DNA of 32,000 bases, taken from the NCBI RefSeq assembly GCF_000016745.1, contig NC_009483.1, forward strand, positions 1,650,001 through 1,682,000. Direction: 5' to 3'. The stretch is from Geotalea uraniireducens Rf4. GTDB lineage: Bacteria; Desulfobacterota; Desulfuromonadia; Geobacterales; Geobacteraceae. The notes beneath the pieces were generated by a model. The model did not search any database. It was not told where the DNA came from and saw only the letters and a program-made list of their open reading frames with translations. The position numbers were made by a program, and so were the translations under genes. Positions 30,766 to 32,000 of this stretch are shown here, in pieces (position 1 is the stretch's first letter; the number at the start of each line of letters is the position of its first letter).

Positions 30766-32000
30766 TTACAGCTCCAAAACCGCCTTCCGCGCCTTCTCGA
30801 CGATCTCACCGGGGGATTCCCCGCTGAATCGGAGCGGTTCGCCGAAGGTGACCGTTACCCGCCCCCTTCGCGGCCAATGCGCGCCGCGGGGAAACACCTT
30901 TTCCAGACCTGCGATCTTTACCGGCACGACCGGTATCCCCAATTCCCTAACCATTATGCCGAGTCCTTGCTGAAAAGGGAGGAGGCTGCCGTCCTCTGAC
31001 CTTTCCCCTTCCGGGAAGAGGAGGATGTTGATCCGGTGGTCGGCGAGCTTCCCCATGAACTGCAATGAGCGGCGGAATACCCCCGATTGTGGGAGGGGGA
31101 AGAGGTTGAGGGCTACGGTTCCGTACTCGTAGGTGAAGCGCTTCCAGATGCGCTGGCCGCTGTTTTTGAAGTTTTTGAAGAAGAATTCCTCCTAGGCGGC
31201 AGTGGCGGTGCGATAGCGCCACTGCCGCGGCATGGAGAACATGATTGCGGGCTGGTCGAAATAACTCAGGTGGTTGGCGATAAACATGACCGGCGCATCC
31301 GCCTTGGCCAGATTTTCCACCCCGGCCGTCTCAAGCTTGACGAAACAGCGCAGGAGGGGGTAATGGAGGAGGGTGTCGCAGAGCCGCCTTATGCCGCGCA
31401 CCGGAAGACTGTTCGACCAGAACCGCAGCCGCCGACCTCTGCCGGATTTTTTTCGTGCTGCGATTATCCGCCGCAGGTCGGAAACCTTTGTCATCTGGTC
31501 GATGGCCGAGTCTTCCAGGTCGAGCCTGTATTCCTGTTCGATCTGGTTGATCAGCTCCAGTCGGCCGATGGAGGTGAGTCCCAGGGATGTGACCAGGAAA
31601 GAATCCTCGCGGATATCGCGGCCGTTCACGCCGGTGATGCGGGCTAGAAGGTTCAGCAATGAGTCCGCAGAAATCCCTGCTTCACTTTCCCGGCCTTCCC
31701 TGATCCGCTGTTTCACCTTGAACTTCTGGATTTTCATGGTGGTGGTTTTGGGAAAGTCGGTCTCGGGCCAGAGGGAAAAACCGGTGATCCTGTGCAGTTC
31801 GTCAAGGCGGCTATTGGCGTCCGCAACTATTTCTTCGGCGTTCCTGCCGCGTCCGTCAAGGATGAGCACGGCATGAACCTCTTCTCCTGCTCCCATGTCC
31901 AGGCCGATAACACATGATTCCTTGACCCCGGGCGTCCTGTCGAGGATGTTTTCGATCTCGTCGGGGTAGACGTTGATCCCGGCGCCGGTGACGATCAACT
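30766..32000 (-). pseudogene. Acyl-CoA/AMP ligase C-terminus - acyl carrier (PP-binding) - lysophospholipid acyltransferase fusion, interrupted by one in-frame TAG, 5' end outside the window
   Basis: The upstream part has the AMP-ligase tail (GINVYPDEIE...KTTTMKIQK), an ACP-like LGLTSIGRLEL, and the acyltransferase HX4D motif ANHLSYFD. TAG lies at 31192-31194. The same frame continues without another stop through EEFFFKNF... to FPEGERSEDG (acyltransferase block III) and ends at 30766. Confidence 0.75.

Noticed and set aside
29369-30766. 465-aa ORF on the minus strand
   Set aside because: It is an antisense shadow of the archaeal-type MAT gene, which has unmistakable motifs on the plus strand.
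31192-31194. TAG decoded as pyrrolysine
   Set aside because: There are no pyl genes or other hints in the window. The TAG position is most simply a TGG to TAG change. I retain it only as a remote alternative in the finding.
1-32000. Search by eye for rRNA, tRNA (T-loop GGTTCGAAT-like words), CRISPR repeat arrays, transposase or integrase genes
   Set aside because: None found. The only GGTTCGA-like words lie inside coding regions. All repeats seen are palindromic or dispersed, not regularly spaced direct repeats.

Overview
No tools were run. All calls come from reading the sequence and ORF translations and comparing them with protein families from memory. The window looks like a chromosomal segment of a Geobacter-like deltaproteobacterium. 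This is an inference from the ruv/yebC proteins, the multihaem cytochrome, the NtrC/sigma-54 content and the repeat style.

Gene order:
- 1-432: a partial MqsR/MqsA-like toxin-antitoxin (TA) pair.
- 906-4686, minus strand: hda-ruvB-ruvA-ruvC-yebC.
- 4915-5280: a lipoprotein.
- 5813-10300: an iclR - yjcH(DUF485) - actP - DUF294 acetate-uptake cluster.
- 10594-12561: a tandem-Cache/HAMP histidine kinase.
- 12562-14974: a roughly 2.4 kb segment that looks more AT-rich, carrying phd-parE and three small genes.
- 14975-16357: an NtrC-type sigma-54 activator.
- 16400-18590: candidate enhancer sites, a -24/-12 promoter and a four-gene operon of proteins I cannot place (one small Cys-rich, three membrane). 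This is my best candidate for an undescribed module.
- 18653-23450: TauE/SafE permease, a trihaem cytochrome c, a hypothetical protein, an RlmI-like methyltransferase, SlyX and an aldo-keto reductase fused to a ferredoxin domain.
- 23451-26406: a second accessory island with a DUF4160 remnant plus DUF2442, a lipoprotein, mqsRA and yefM-yoeB.
- 26407-29125, minus strand: DUF2721, aguB and aguA.
- 29543-30754: an archaeal-type methionine adenosyltransferase.
- 30766-32000: an acyl-ligase/ACP/acyltransferase fusion gene interrupted by one in-frame TAG.

I saw no rRNA, tRNA, CRISPR array, transposase or integrase. Almost every long intergenic spacer is filled by long imperfect palindromes or dispersed GC-rich repeats.
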